Source: an uncultured Gemmatimonadales bacterium
GTDB taxonomy: Bacteria > Gemmatimonadota > Gemmatimonadetes > Longimicrobiales > RSA9
DNA: 64,000 bases
Direction of reading: 5' to 3'
Assembly (NCBI GenBank): GCA_963783305.1
Contig: CAWAMW010000007.1
Location: 576,001 to 640,000 of the forward strand
Shown here one piece after another: positions 51,478-59,837 of this stretch. Both the position numbers and the translations under genes were made by a program. The notes under the pieces were generated by a model. It was not told the origin of the DNA. It made no database searches and worked only from the letters and a program-made list of their open reading frames with translations. Numbering within the stretch: the first letter of the stretch is position 1; each line of letters starts with the position of its first letter.

Positions 51478-52400
51478 CAGCGATCCCTGAACGAGTTCAG
51501 CTGCTCGACGGTGCCGAGGCTCTCCACCTCGGCCTCCCGATCGATGCGACGCATGAGCCCGGCCAGCACCCGGCCCGGCCCCAGCTCGTAGAAGCGCGAG
51601 ACGCCGCGCTCCCGCATGGTACGCATGGACGCCGCCCAGCGCACGGGTGAGGTCAGCTGCGCCACCAGGAGCTCCCGCGCCTCGTTCCCCTCGGATACCG
51701 GCGCAGCGGTCACGTTCGATACTACCGGGAACCGCGGCCGCGAAAAGACGACCCCCTCCAGGTGCTCGCGTAGCCCCGTCTCCGCTACCTCCATGAGCGG
51801 AGAATGGAACGCGCCGCTCACGTTCAGCGGAAGCGCTCGCTTGGCGCCCGCGGCTTTCGCCAGCTCCATCGCCCGCTCCACCGCGGGCACATCCCCGCTG
51901 ATCACGATCTGGCCCGGAGAGTTGAAGTTGGCGGGGACGCACACGCCCGAGTCGTCCGAGGCCTGGCGACAGACCGCCTCCAGCGCCTCGTCATCGAGCC
52001 CGATCACCGCCGCCATCGTACCGGGCCGCGCCTGACCCGAACGGTGCATGAGCTCGCCGCGACGCCGAACCGCCCGCACCGCCTCCTCGAACGGGATCGT
52101 GCCGGCGGCCACGTGGGCGCTGAACTCTCCCAGCGAGTGCCCCGCCGCCAGCGCCACGGTTGGAAGCCGATCCGCCGCGAGGGCATGCACCGCCACCGAG
52201 TGCGTCAGGATCGCCGGCTGCGCGTTGTGCGTGGCCGTGAGCTCGTCCTCGGGGCCTTCCCACATGATCCTCGAGAGCGACACGCCCAGCGCTTCGTCCG
52301 CCCGCTCGAAGATCTCGCGGGCGACCGCGTGCGACTTCGCCAGGTCACGACCCATTCCCACTTCCTGCGAGCCCTGGCCGGGGAACAGCAGTCCTACCAC
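51477..52400 (-). CDS. fabD: Malonyl-CoA:ACP transacylase
   Basis: FPGQGSQ, GHSLGE, SGAFHS, PVRW, ELGPG. Confidence 0.96.
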   Translation of the reverse strand: MVGLLFPGQGSQEVGMGRDLAKSHAVAREIFERADEALGVSLSRIMWEGPEDELTATHNAQPAILTHSVAVHALAADRLPTVALAAGHSLGEFSAHVAAGTIPFEEAVRAVRRRGELMHRSGQARPGTMAAVIGLDDEALEAVCRQASDDSGVCVPANFNSPGQIVISGDVPAVERAMELAKAAGAKRALPLNVSGAFHSPLMEVAETGLREHLEGVVFSRPRFPVVSNVTAAPVSEGNEARELLVAQLTSPVRWAASMRTMRERGVSRFYELGPGRVLAGLMRRIDREAEVESLGTVEQLNSFRDR

Positions 52401-53386
52401 TTGACCACCGCCGAGGCCCAGGTGAAGCCCGCGCCGAACGCGACCATCATGACATGGTCGCCCGCCTGGATCCGTCCGGCCTCCAGCGCCTCGTCCAGCG
52501 CCACCGGGACGGTCGCCGAGCTCATGTTCCCGTACCGGTCTACGTTCACGAATACCTTGTCCATGGGCACATTGGCGTACTTGGCCGTGTTCTCGATGAT
52601 CCGGATATTCGCCTGGTGCGGGATGAAGAGGTCGATGTCCTCCCCCGTCAGGCCGGCCCGGAGCAGCGCCTGGTCAGCCGCTTCCGCCATGGATCGGACG
52701 GCCGCCTTGAAGACCTCACGGCCCGCCATCTTCACCAGGTGGCTCCGCTCGTCCAGCACCGCCACGTCCATGGGAATCCTCGCACCGCCGCCCGGCCGCC
52801 AGAGCAGCTCGGCCAGCGTGCCGTCGGACCGGATGAAGCTCGACAGCAGACCCCGGCCATTCTCCGACCGCTTCACCACCGCCGCCCCCGCGCCATCGCC
52901 GAACAGCACGGCCGTGGAGCGGTCCCCCCAGTCCACAATGGAGCTCATCTTCTCCGTGGAGATCACGAGAGCGATCTCCGCCCGGCCCGCCATGAGGTGC
53001 CCCTCCGCGATGGACAGGCCATAGAGAAAGCCCGAGCAGGCGGCGGAGATGTCATAGGCCGCCGCGTTCTCGGCGCCCAGAATCGCCTGGATGTCGCACG
53101 CCGTCGACGGGAGGAGCCGGTCCGGCGTGGCCGTCGAGACGATGATCACGTCCACTTCGCCCGCATGCACGCCCGCCCGCTCCATGGCGATCCGGGCCGC
53201 GTTCGCTCCCATGTCCGCCGCGCCCACGTCCGGAGCGGCGATCCGCCGCTCGCTGATGCCGGTCCGCGCCCGGATCCACTCGTCCGAGGTGTCCAGCTCC
53301 TTCTCCAGGTCCTGGTTCGTGACGACCCGCTCGGGCAGCCACCGGCCGGTGGATACGATCTCTACGGTCGGTTTGGGTATTCTCAT
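52394..53386 (-). CDS. fabH: 3-oxoacyl-ACP synthase III
   Basis: TSDEWI..RTGI, AACSGF, FGDGAGA, PHQAN, GNMSSA. Confidence 0.96.
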   Translation of the reverse strand: MRIPKPTVEIVSTGRWLPERVVTNQDLEKELDTSDEWIRARTGISERRIAAPDVGAADMGANAARIAMERAGVHAGEVDVIIVSTATPDRLLPSTACDIQAILGAENAAAYDISAACSGFLYGLSIAEGHLMAGRAEIALVISTEKMSSIVDWGDRSTAVLFGDGAGAAVVKRSENGRGLLSSFIRSDGTLAELLWRPGGGARIPMDVAVLDERSHLVKMAGREVFKAAVRSMAEAADQALLRAGLTGEDIDLFIPHQANIRIIENTAKYANVPMDKVFVNVDRYGNMSSATVPVALDEALEAGRIQAGDHVMMVAFGAGFTWASAVVKW

Positions 53387-54369
53387 GCCGGATCCGGGTG
53401 CACGCCGACCTGCTCGCGTATATGGCCGACCATGTGGGCGTTGGAGGCGGTTACGGCCGCCTTGAGAGCGTTGCTGATGGCCCGAGGGGGCGAGCCGCCG
53501 TGGCAGATGATGGAGATGCCATTGACGCCGAGAAGCGGCGCGCCGCCGTACTCGGCGTAGTCGAGGATGCGGCTCACGCTGTCGAGGCCCGGAGTCTCCC
53601 CACCGTCGGGCATGTCCCGCCGCATGAGACCGAAGACGAAGCCGGCGACGCCCTCATAGAACTTCAGGAGAACGTTGCCCACGAACCCATCCGTCACGAG
53701 CACGTCGCAGACGCCCTCGATGATGGCGCGCCCTTCCACGTTGCCCACGAAGTCGAGGTCGCTATCGCGGAGCTGACAATGCGTCTCCACGCTCACCTCG
53801 TTCCCCTTCTCGGGCTCCTCACCGATGTTCAGCAGCCCTATCCGCGGCGTCTCGCGCCCCAGCACATCGTGGGCGTATACCGAGCCCAGCCGCGCGAACT
53901 GCACCAGCTGGGTCGGCTTGCAGTCCACGTTCGCCCCCGCGTCGATCATCACCATGGGGCCGTGGGCCGTGGGCAGGAGCGTGGCGATCGCCGGCCGGTC
54001 CACACCCGGCAGCGGGCGAAGAATGAAGAGAGATGCGGCCATGACAGCGCCCGTCGAGCCCGCGCTCACGAACGCCTCCGCCTCCCCCGTCCGCTGAAGG
54101 TTCAGACCCACCACGATCGACGACTCCGGCTTGCGCCGCACGGCCGTGGCCGGCGACTCCTCGGGACCGATCCGCTCCGGGGCGTGGACAACGGATATAC
54201 GATCCAGTCCCCGCGCACCCAGCCGATCCAGCTCGGCCCCGATTCGCGCCTCGTCCCCCACCAGGACGACGTGGGTCGACGCAGGCAGATCATCCAGAGC
54301 GGCGACCGTCCCCTCCACCTCCACGGTGGGGTGACGGTCGGTCCCCATGGCGTCTACCGCGATCCGCAT
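53383..54369 (-). CDS. plsX: Phosphate acyltransferase PlsX
   Basis: IAVDAMG.D, SAG.TGA, D.GAN.D, LNIGEE..KG, DGFVGN, YGGAPLLG. Confidence 0.96.
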   Translation of the reverse strand: MRIAVDAMGTDRHPTVEVEGTVAALDDLPASTHVVLVGDEARIGAELDRLGARGLDRISVVHAPERIGPEESPATAVRRKPESSIVVGLNLQRTGEAEAFVSAGSTGAVMAASLFILRPLPGVDRPAIATLLPTAHGPMVMIDAGANVDCKPTQLVQFARLGSVYAHDVLGRETPRIGLLNIGEEPEKGNEVSVETHCQLRDSDLDFVGNVEGRAIIEGVCDVLVTDGFVGNVLLKFYEGVAGFVFGLMRRDMPDGGETPGLDSVSRILDYAEYGGAPLLGVNGISIICHGGSPPRAISNALKAAVTASNAHMVGHIREQVGVHPDPA

Positions 54370-54385
54370 CGCGACGCCTCTCTAC

Positions 54386-54568
54386 CTACAGCTCGTCGAT
54401 CTCGACGACCTGCTCGCCCTTGTACGTCCCACACGTGGGGCACACGTGATGCGGCAGCTTCGGATCCCCGCAGTTCGAGCACGCCACCGTGTTCGCGACG
54501 GGGGCCTTGTGGTGCGTCCGCCGCTTCCGCTTGCGCTGCTTCAATGTCCTCTTCTTCGGTACCGCCAT
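54386..54568 (-). CDS. rpmF: 50S ribosomal protein L32 (zinc-ribbon type)
   Basis: MAVPK, CSNC...HHVCPTCG.Y. Confidence 0.96.
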   Translation of the reverse strand: MAVPKKRTLKQRKRKRRTHHKAPVANTVACSNCGDPKLPHHVCPTCGTYKGEQVVEIDEL

Positions 54569-54579
54569 GACTCTCTCCT

Positions 54580-55089
54580 CTACTCTTCCGACGTAAGCCG
54601 CCTAAGGGGGCCCCACCGCTCGTCCACCTCTTCCACCGCGCACTCGCACGTGGACTCGTTCAGATTCGTGCCGCACTGCGGACACAGCCCCCTGCACTCT
54701 TCACGGCAGTACACATACTTCGGCACCGCCAACAGGACCGTCTCCCGCACCGCGTCCGTCAGGTCCAGCTCTCGACCCGATGGCAGCGGGACGATGTCAT
54801 CACCCTCGTCCTCCGCCAGATCATCGCCTTCCTTGTACAGACGACCCAGTTCCTCTTCCATCGGCACATCCACCGGCTCCAGACACCGCCGGCACTCTCG
54901 CCGGAACGTGCCCGCCACCCGGCCACGCACCACCACGTCCGGCCCCGCCTGCTGGGCCTCCAGACGCACCTCCAGCGGCGATCGCGGCTCGACTTCGAGA
55001 TCCACCCAGAAGTCCGACTCCGGTGGAATGTCCGCGTCGATTCGCGCTCGGCCTTCCCGCCGCAGGCGGCTCAGGTCCACTTGTAGCAT
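54580..55089 (-). CDS. yceD: DUF177/YceD family protein
   Basis: CRRCL, C.EEC.GLCPQCG.NLN...C.C, D.RW..L; upstream of rpmF. Confidence 0.9.
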   Translation of the reverse strand: MLQVDLSRLRREGRARIDADIPPESDFWVDLEVEPRSPLEVRLEAQQAGPDVVVRGRVAGTFRRECRRCLEPVDVPMEEELGRLYKEGDDLAEDEGDDIVPLPSGRELDLTDAVRETVLLAVPKYVYCREECRGLCPQCGTNLNESTCECAVEEVDERWGPLRRLTSEE

Positions 55090-55127
55090 AGCTTGTAAAG
55101 TTCGGTGATCTCCTGTTCTGTGTCAAC

Positions 55128-55396
55128 GGCTCGCCTTCGGCTCGCGGGGAGCGGCCTGTCGGCCGCGGGGGACGGCCTCTGGCCGTGGAGGACTCGCTTC
55201 GCTCGTGGGGGGCTCGCTTCGCGAGCGGAACAGTCAACAGCCTGCTCCGACCACAGGCCGTCCCCCGCGAGACCGCAGGCCGAGCCCTCCGCGGCCGAAG
55301 GCCGCCCCCCGCGAGGCCGCAGGCCGAGCTCTCCGCAAGCCGAAGGCCGCCCCCGCGAGGCCGCAGGCCGAGCTCTCCGCAAGCCGAAGGCGAGCC
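55128..55396. repeat. Intergenic palindromic element with 15-bp terminal inverted repeats and three internal 44-45 bp tandem units (REP/BIME- or MITE-like)
   Basis: GGCTCGCCTTCGGCT (55128-55142) is the exact reverse complement of AGCCGAAGGCGAGCC (55382-55396); tandem units at 55255, 55299 and 55344; degenerate inverted copy in the left arm. Confidence 0.8.
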
Positions 55397-55812
55397 TACC
55401 CGATCACATCCGCTTCGGCGAAGAAGAACGGGATCTCGCGCGCGGCGGTCTCGGGAGCATCGGAAGCGTGGATCGAGTTGCGGCCCTTCGATTCGGCGAA
55501 GCGGGCGCGCACGGTTCCCTCTTCGGCTTCGGCCGGATCCGTGGCGCCGATCACTTCGCGAAGCTCGGCGATAGCGTCCTCGCGCTCCAGCAGCACCGGG
55601 AACACGGGGCCGGAGGTCATGAACTCCACCAGCTCCGCATAGAACGGCCGCTCCTTGTGAACCGCATAGAACTCCCGGGCCTGCGACTCGGCGAGGCGCA
55701 GGCTGCGGATGGCGCGGATCCGGAAGCCGGCCTCTTCCAGGTGGGCCAGGATCCGACCGGTGAGGTTCCGCTCGGTGGCGTCGGGCTTGATGATGGCGAG
55801 TGTCTGTTCCAT
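55396..55812 (-). CDS. ndk: Nucleoside diphosphate kinase
   Basis: TLAIIKPDA, FY.VH..RPF, SGP, GATDP, N.IH.SD. Confidence 0.97.
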   Translation of the reverse strand: MEQTLAIIKPDATERNLTGRILAHLEEAGFRIRAIRSLRLAESQAREFYAVHKERPFYAELVEFMTSGPVFPVLLEREDAIAELREVIGATDPAEAEEGTVRARFAESKGRNSIHASDAPETAAREIPFFFAEADVIG

Positions 55813-55822
55813 GGGCTTCTCT

Positions 55823-56701
55823 CTATGCGCGTCCGAAGAGTTTACGGATGATGTCTCTGCGATAAACCATGCCGGCGATGGAGCCGGCGTTCACGACCGG
55901 GAGCTGTTCCACATCCTTGTTGATCATCATGCTGGCCACCTCCCCGACCCCGAGCTCTTCGGAGACGCAGAGAACGGACCGCGTCATGATGTCCCGTACA
56001 GGCATGTCCTGCGGGGTCTTGCCGCTGTCCTCGTGCTCGCCCGCGCGCGGGATCTGTGGCAGGAGGGCGCGCATGATGTCGGAGTCGGTGACCATGCCGA
56101 GCACCTCCCCCTTCTCCCCGACCACGGGCACCGCCTGGAGCCTGCGCCGGAGCATGAGGTCGAGGGTGCGGCGGACGGTGAAGTCCGGGGGCACGGAGTG
56201 GATCCGCTGGGTCATGACGTCGCGGACCATGAGGCTGTGCTGGATGCGGAGTTCCTGGAGCTGTGGCAGGGCCCGGACGCTGTCTGCATCGGGCTGCCGT
56301 GTCAGCTCGTCGACGATGCCCTCCTGGCGGAATAGCCGGGCGAGGGTGCTTGTGGCCTGGAGGTAGAGTGTGGCGGCTTCGGGTGGACCGACGATGAGCG
56401 CTACCACGCGGACGGTCCCATCCGAGTCGGGGCCCAGGGGAATCGGATCCGGCGCGATGCCCAGGGCCAGCCCGAGGGTCGTCACGGCGTCGGAGCGGAA
56501 GTGCGGGAGCACCACCTCATGGGTGATGCCGATGACGTCCCTGGTGGGCTGATCGGCCACGCGCTGCTCGAGGGCGTCCAAATCCTCCACCACGCCGGAC
56601 TCGTGGAGTCGGCGAGCGAGGACACCGATGGCGGCGCGGAGGTCGGGCGCCCGCAGGGGCACCACAATGTGCTCCTGCGGGAGCAGGTCCAGGAGGTCCA
56701 T
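55823..56701 (-). CDS. PTS EIIA (Fru/Ntr-type) domain fused to a CBS pair
   Basis: N-terminal EIIA-like region with VVLPHFRS; C-terminal V.DVMT...VPVV...G.V...DI CBS repeats. Confidence 0.78.
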   Translation of the reverse strand: MDLLDLLPQEHIVVPLRAPDLRAAIGVLARRLHESGVVEDLDALEQRVADQPTRDVIGITHEVVLPHFRSDAVTTLGLALGIAPDPIPLGPDSDGTVRVVALIVGPPEAATLYLQATSTLARLFRQEGIVDELTRQPDADSVRALPQLQELRIQHSLMVRDVMTQRIHSVPPDFTVRRTLDLMLRRRLQAVPVVGEKGEVLGMVTDSDIMRALLPQIPRAGEHEDSGKTPQDMPVRDIMTRSVLCVSEELGVGEVASMMINKDVEQLPVVNAGSIAGMVYRRDIIRKLFGRA

Positions 56702-56723
56702 GAGAGGCGGGTGGAGCCGACCG

Positions 56724-57605
56724 CTACAGGACCTTTCGGATCAGTTCGACCACGTCTGATGGCCGCTTCATGACGGAGATGCCGTTGTCTTCGAAGGCCT
56801 GCATCTTCTCCTCGGCGGTACCCGCGGAGCCGCTGATGATGGCGCCCGCGTGACCCATCCGGCGGCCGGGAGGCGCGGTCTGGCCGGCGATGAAGCCGAC
56901 GACCGGCTTGCTCATGTGCTCCTTCACGTACTTCGCGGCGTCCTGTTCGTCGGTGCCGCCGATCTCGCCGATCATGACGACGGCCTCGGTCTCGTCGTCG
57001 GCCTCGAACGCCTCGAGGGTGTCGATGAAGTTGGTGCCGATGATGGGGTCACCGCCGATTCCGATGCAGGTGGACTGGCCGATCCCCGCCTGCGTCAGCT
57101 GGTAGACCACCTCGTACGTCAGGGTCCCCGAGCGCGACACGACGCCGACCTTCCCCTCCTTGACGATGGAGCCGGGCATGATCCCGACCTTTGCCTTTCC
57201 GGGGGACAGCGCGCCGGGACAGTTGGGGCCGAGCAGCCGGGCCCCACGCTCCTTCACGAATGGATAGACGCGGGTCATGTCGAGGACGGGCACGCCCTCG
57301 GTGATGGCCACGATGAACCCGATGCCCGCCTCCGCCGCCTCCATGATGGCGTCGGTGGCGAAGCGCGGCGGCACATAGATGACCGTCGTGTTGGCGCCCG
57401 TCTCCTTCACGGCCTGATCCAGGCTGTCGAAGATGGGCACGCTCCCGGCGCCGTTCCCGTCGAAGGTCTGTCCGCCCTTCCCCGGCGTGACGCCCGCCAC
57501 GACCTTCGTGCCGTACTCCATCATCTGCTGGGTATGGAAGGACCCGTCGCGACCGGTGATCCCCTGGACCACCAGTCGGGTGTCGCTATCAATGAAAATC
57601 GCCAT
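56724..57605 (-). CDS. sucD: Succinyl-CoA synthetase alpha subunit
   Basis: [41 protein letters not shown]. Confidence 0.97.
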   Translation of the reverse strand: MAIFIDSDTRLVVQGITGRDGSFHTQQMMEYGTKVVAGVTPGKGGQTFDGNGAGSVPIFDSLDQAVKETGANTTVIYVPPRFATDAIMEAAEAGIGFIVAITEGVPVLDMTRVYPFVKERGARLLGPNCPGALSPGKAKVGIMPGSIVKEGKVGVVSRSGTLTYEVVYQLTQAGIGQSTCIGIGGDPIIGTNFIDTLEAFEADDETEAVVMIGEIGGTDEQDAAKYVKEHMSKPVVGFIAGQTAPPGRRMGHAGAIISGSAGTAEEKMQAFEDNGISVMKRPSDVVELIRKVL

Positions 57606-57680
57606 CTCGATCCGCCTCGTTCTCAGTATCCGTTACGCAGTTGGCCCGGCCGTGCTGGCGCGAGCGAAGTGTGAGCTCCC

Positions 57681-58811
57681 CTAGCTCGCCAGCTCCACGG
57701 CGCGCTTCACAACCTCGTCCATCGAGGTGGACGCGCTGAATCCGCGGTCCTCGAGGATCTTTACACCCTCCGCCTCATTGGTGCCGGTCAGACGGATCAC
57801 GAGCGGGAGGTCGAAGTCCATCTCGTCCATGGCGGCGACAATGCCGTTGGCCACGTCGTCGCACCGGGTGATACCGCCGAAGATGTTGAACAGGATCACT
57901 TTCACGTTGGGGTCGCTCGTGATGATCTCGAGCGCGCTGATCACCTTCTCCGGGCTGGAGGACCCGCCAATGTCCAGGAAGTTGGCCGGCTCGCCGCCGT
58001 AGAACTTGATCAGGTCCATGGTCGCCATGGCCAGGCCGGCGCCGTTCACGACCGCGCCAATGTTCCCGTCGAGCTTGATATAGGTCAGGCTGGCCTCGCG
58101 GGCCTTGATCTCGGAGGGCGGCTCGGAGGACGTGTCGCGAAGCTCCTCGATCGCCGGCTTCCGGAACAGCTCGTTGTCATCGACGTTCATCTTCGCGTCG
58201 ATGGCCTTCACCTCGCCGGAGGGCGTGGTGATGAGGGGGTTGATCTCGGCCAGCGACGCGCCCGCGTCCATGAAGGCCTCGTACAACTGCCCCATGGCCT
58301 TCGCGGCCGCGCGCTGCTGCTTCACGTCGTCGTAGAGGCTCGCGGCCAGCCAGTACGCCTGGAAGGGCAGCAGCCCGTAGCGCGGGTCCACCGTCAGGCG
58401 GCGGATCGCTTCCGGGTTCTTGTCGGCCACCTCTTCGATGTCGATTCCGCCCTCGCGACTGACCATGAACACCGGCCGCTTGCTCGCCCGGTCCACGATC
58501 ACGCCCACGTACGCCTCGCTCGCGATCTCCTCGGCCGGCGTGATCAGGACCTTGTCCACCGTGAGGCCCTTGATCTCCATCCCGAGAATGTTCTGCGCGT
58601 GCGACCGCGCCTCGTCGGCGTTCTTCGCGAACTTCACCCCGCCGGCCTTGCCGCGCCCGCCGGCGTGGACCTGCGCCTTCACCATGACGGGGCCGCCGTA
58701 CTTCTCGGCCAGGGCTTTCGCCTCGTCGGGAGTACGCGCGATCTCGCCCGGGGGTACGGGGAGTCCGTGTTCGCGGAAGATGTCCTTCGCCTGGTACTCG
58801 TGGATATTCAT
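57681..58811 (-). CDS. sucC: Succinyl-CoA synthetase beta subunit
   Basis: MNIHEYQAK, GGRGKAGG, EINPL, NGAGLAMATMD, NIFGGI.RCD. Confidence 0.97.
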   Translation of the reverse strand: MNIHEYQAKDIFREHGLPVPPGEIARTPDEAKALAEKYGGPVMVKAQVHAGGRGKAGGVKFAKNADEARSHAQNILGMEIKGLTVDKVLITPAEEIASEAYVGVIVDRASKRPVFMVSREGGIDIEEVADKNPEAIRRLTVDPRYGLLPFQAYWLAASLYDDVKQQRAAAKAMGQLYEAFMDAGASLAEINPLITTPSGEVKAIDAKMNVDDNELFRKPAIEELRDTSSEPPSEIKAREASLTYIKLDGNIGAVVNGAGLAMATMDLIKFYGGEPANFLDIGGSSSPEKVISALEIITSDPNVKVILFNIFGGITRCDDVANGIVAAMDEMDFDLPLVIRLTGTNEAEGVKILEDRGFSASTSMDEVVKRAVELAS

Positions 58812-58816
58812 GTCGT

Positions 58817-59770
58817 CTATACCCGGATCGTCGTTCCAGTTCGTCCTTCCACCACTTCCAGTCCCGCATCGAGGCGCCCGATGTGGGCGGCGTTGCCGCC
58901 GCCCTCCACGAACGCCACGCACGCCTCGACCTTCGGCGCCATGCTGCCCGTTCCCAGCTCACCCGATGCCAGCATCGCGCGCGCCTCCTTCACCGTCAAC
59001 TCCAACACCAGCTCCTGCTCCGGCGTGCCGAAGTTGCGGAACACACCGGCCACGTCGGTGAGGATCACGAACTCACCCGCATCAATGTCGCCCGCCAGCA
59101 CCTGCGCGGCCCGGTCCTTGTCGATGACCGCGTCCAGCCCCTCGACCCCCAGCTTCGGGTCGATATAGACGGGCGTGCCCCCGCCCCCGGCGGCGATCAC
59201 GATGGTGCCGCCCTCCACAAGCTGCCGGATCTGCGCGTGCTCCACGATCCGCACCGGTCGGGGCGAAGCGATCAGGCGCCGCCAGCCGCTGGGCGTCTCC
59301 CGCACCGGGACTCCGCTCTCCTCGAGCTTGCGCGCGGCCGCCTCGTCCATGGCGCGGCCGATGGGCTTTTCCGGGTTCTGCACCGCCGGATCGTCGCGGT
59401 CCACCACTACCTGCGTCACGACCGTGACCACCTCCCTACGGACGCCGAAGCGGTCGAGCGCGTTGCGGAGCGACTGCTGGATCATGTAGCCGATCCAGCC
59501 CTCCGTGCCCGCCACCAGCACGCCCACCGGGAGCGGGGGCAGCGCGCCGGCCGCCATCTCGTTGCGACGGAGATCATCGCCGATCTGCGGCCCGTTCCCG
59601 TGGACCACGGCGATCCGCCAGCCCTCGCGCGCCAGCGCCACCAGCGGCTCCAGACTCGAGCGGGTGTGGGCGAACTGCTCATAGATGTCGCCCTTCCCTC
59701 CCGCCGGCTGCAGCGCGTTGCCGCCCAGCGCCACAACGATCGTCCGGGCTCGGCCCGGCGGCGGCATCAT
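58817..59770 (-). CDS. arcC: Carbamate kinase
   Basis: VALGGNAL, HGNGPQ.G, GY.IQQ, P.KPIG, .RR...SP.P, GGGG.PV, AVIDKD, GSM.PKVEA. Confidence 0.92.
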   Translation of the reverse strand: MMPPPGRARTIVVALGGNALQPAGGKGDIYEQFAHTRSSLEPLVALAREGWRIAVVHGNGPQIGDDLRRNEMAAGALPPLPVGVLVAGTEGWIGYMIQQSLRNALDRFGVRREVVTVVTQVVVDRDDPAVQNPEKPIGRAMDEAAARKLEESGVPVRETPSGWRRLIASPRPVRIVEHAQIRQLVEGGTIVIAAGGGGTPVYIDPKLGVEGLDAVIDKDRAAQVLAGDIDAGEFVILTDVAGVFRNFGTPEQELVLELTVKEARAMLASGELGTGSMAPKVEACVAFVEGGGNAAHIGRLDAGLEVVEGRTGTTIRV

Positions 59771-59837
59771 AACCCGACCCCCTGGCACCTGCAACCGGAC
59801 GAGCCAGTGAATTCCGCGTCGTTCCGCCACGTTCTCT

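Noticed and set aside
55255..55387. 44-45 bp repeats as a CRISPR array
   Set aside because: The units are contiguous with no unique spacers, and there are no cas genes or AT-rich leader; treated as a tandem/palindromic repeat.
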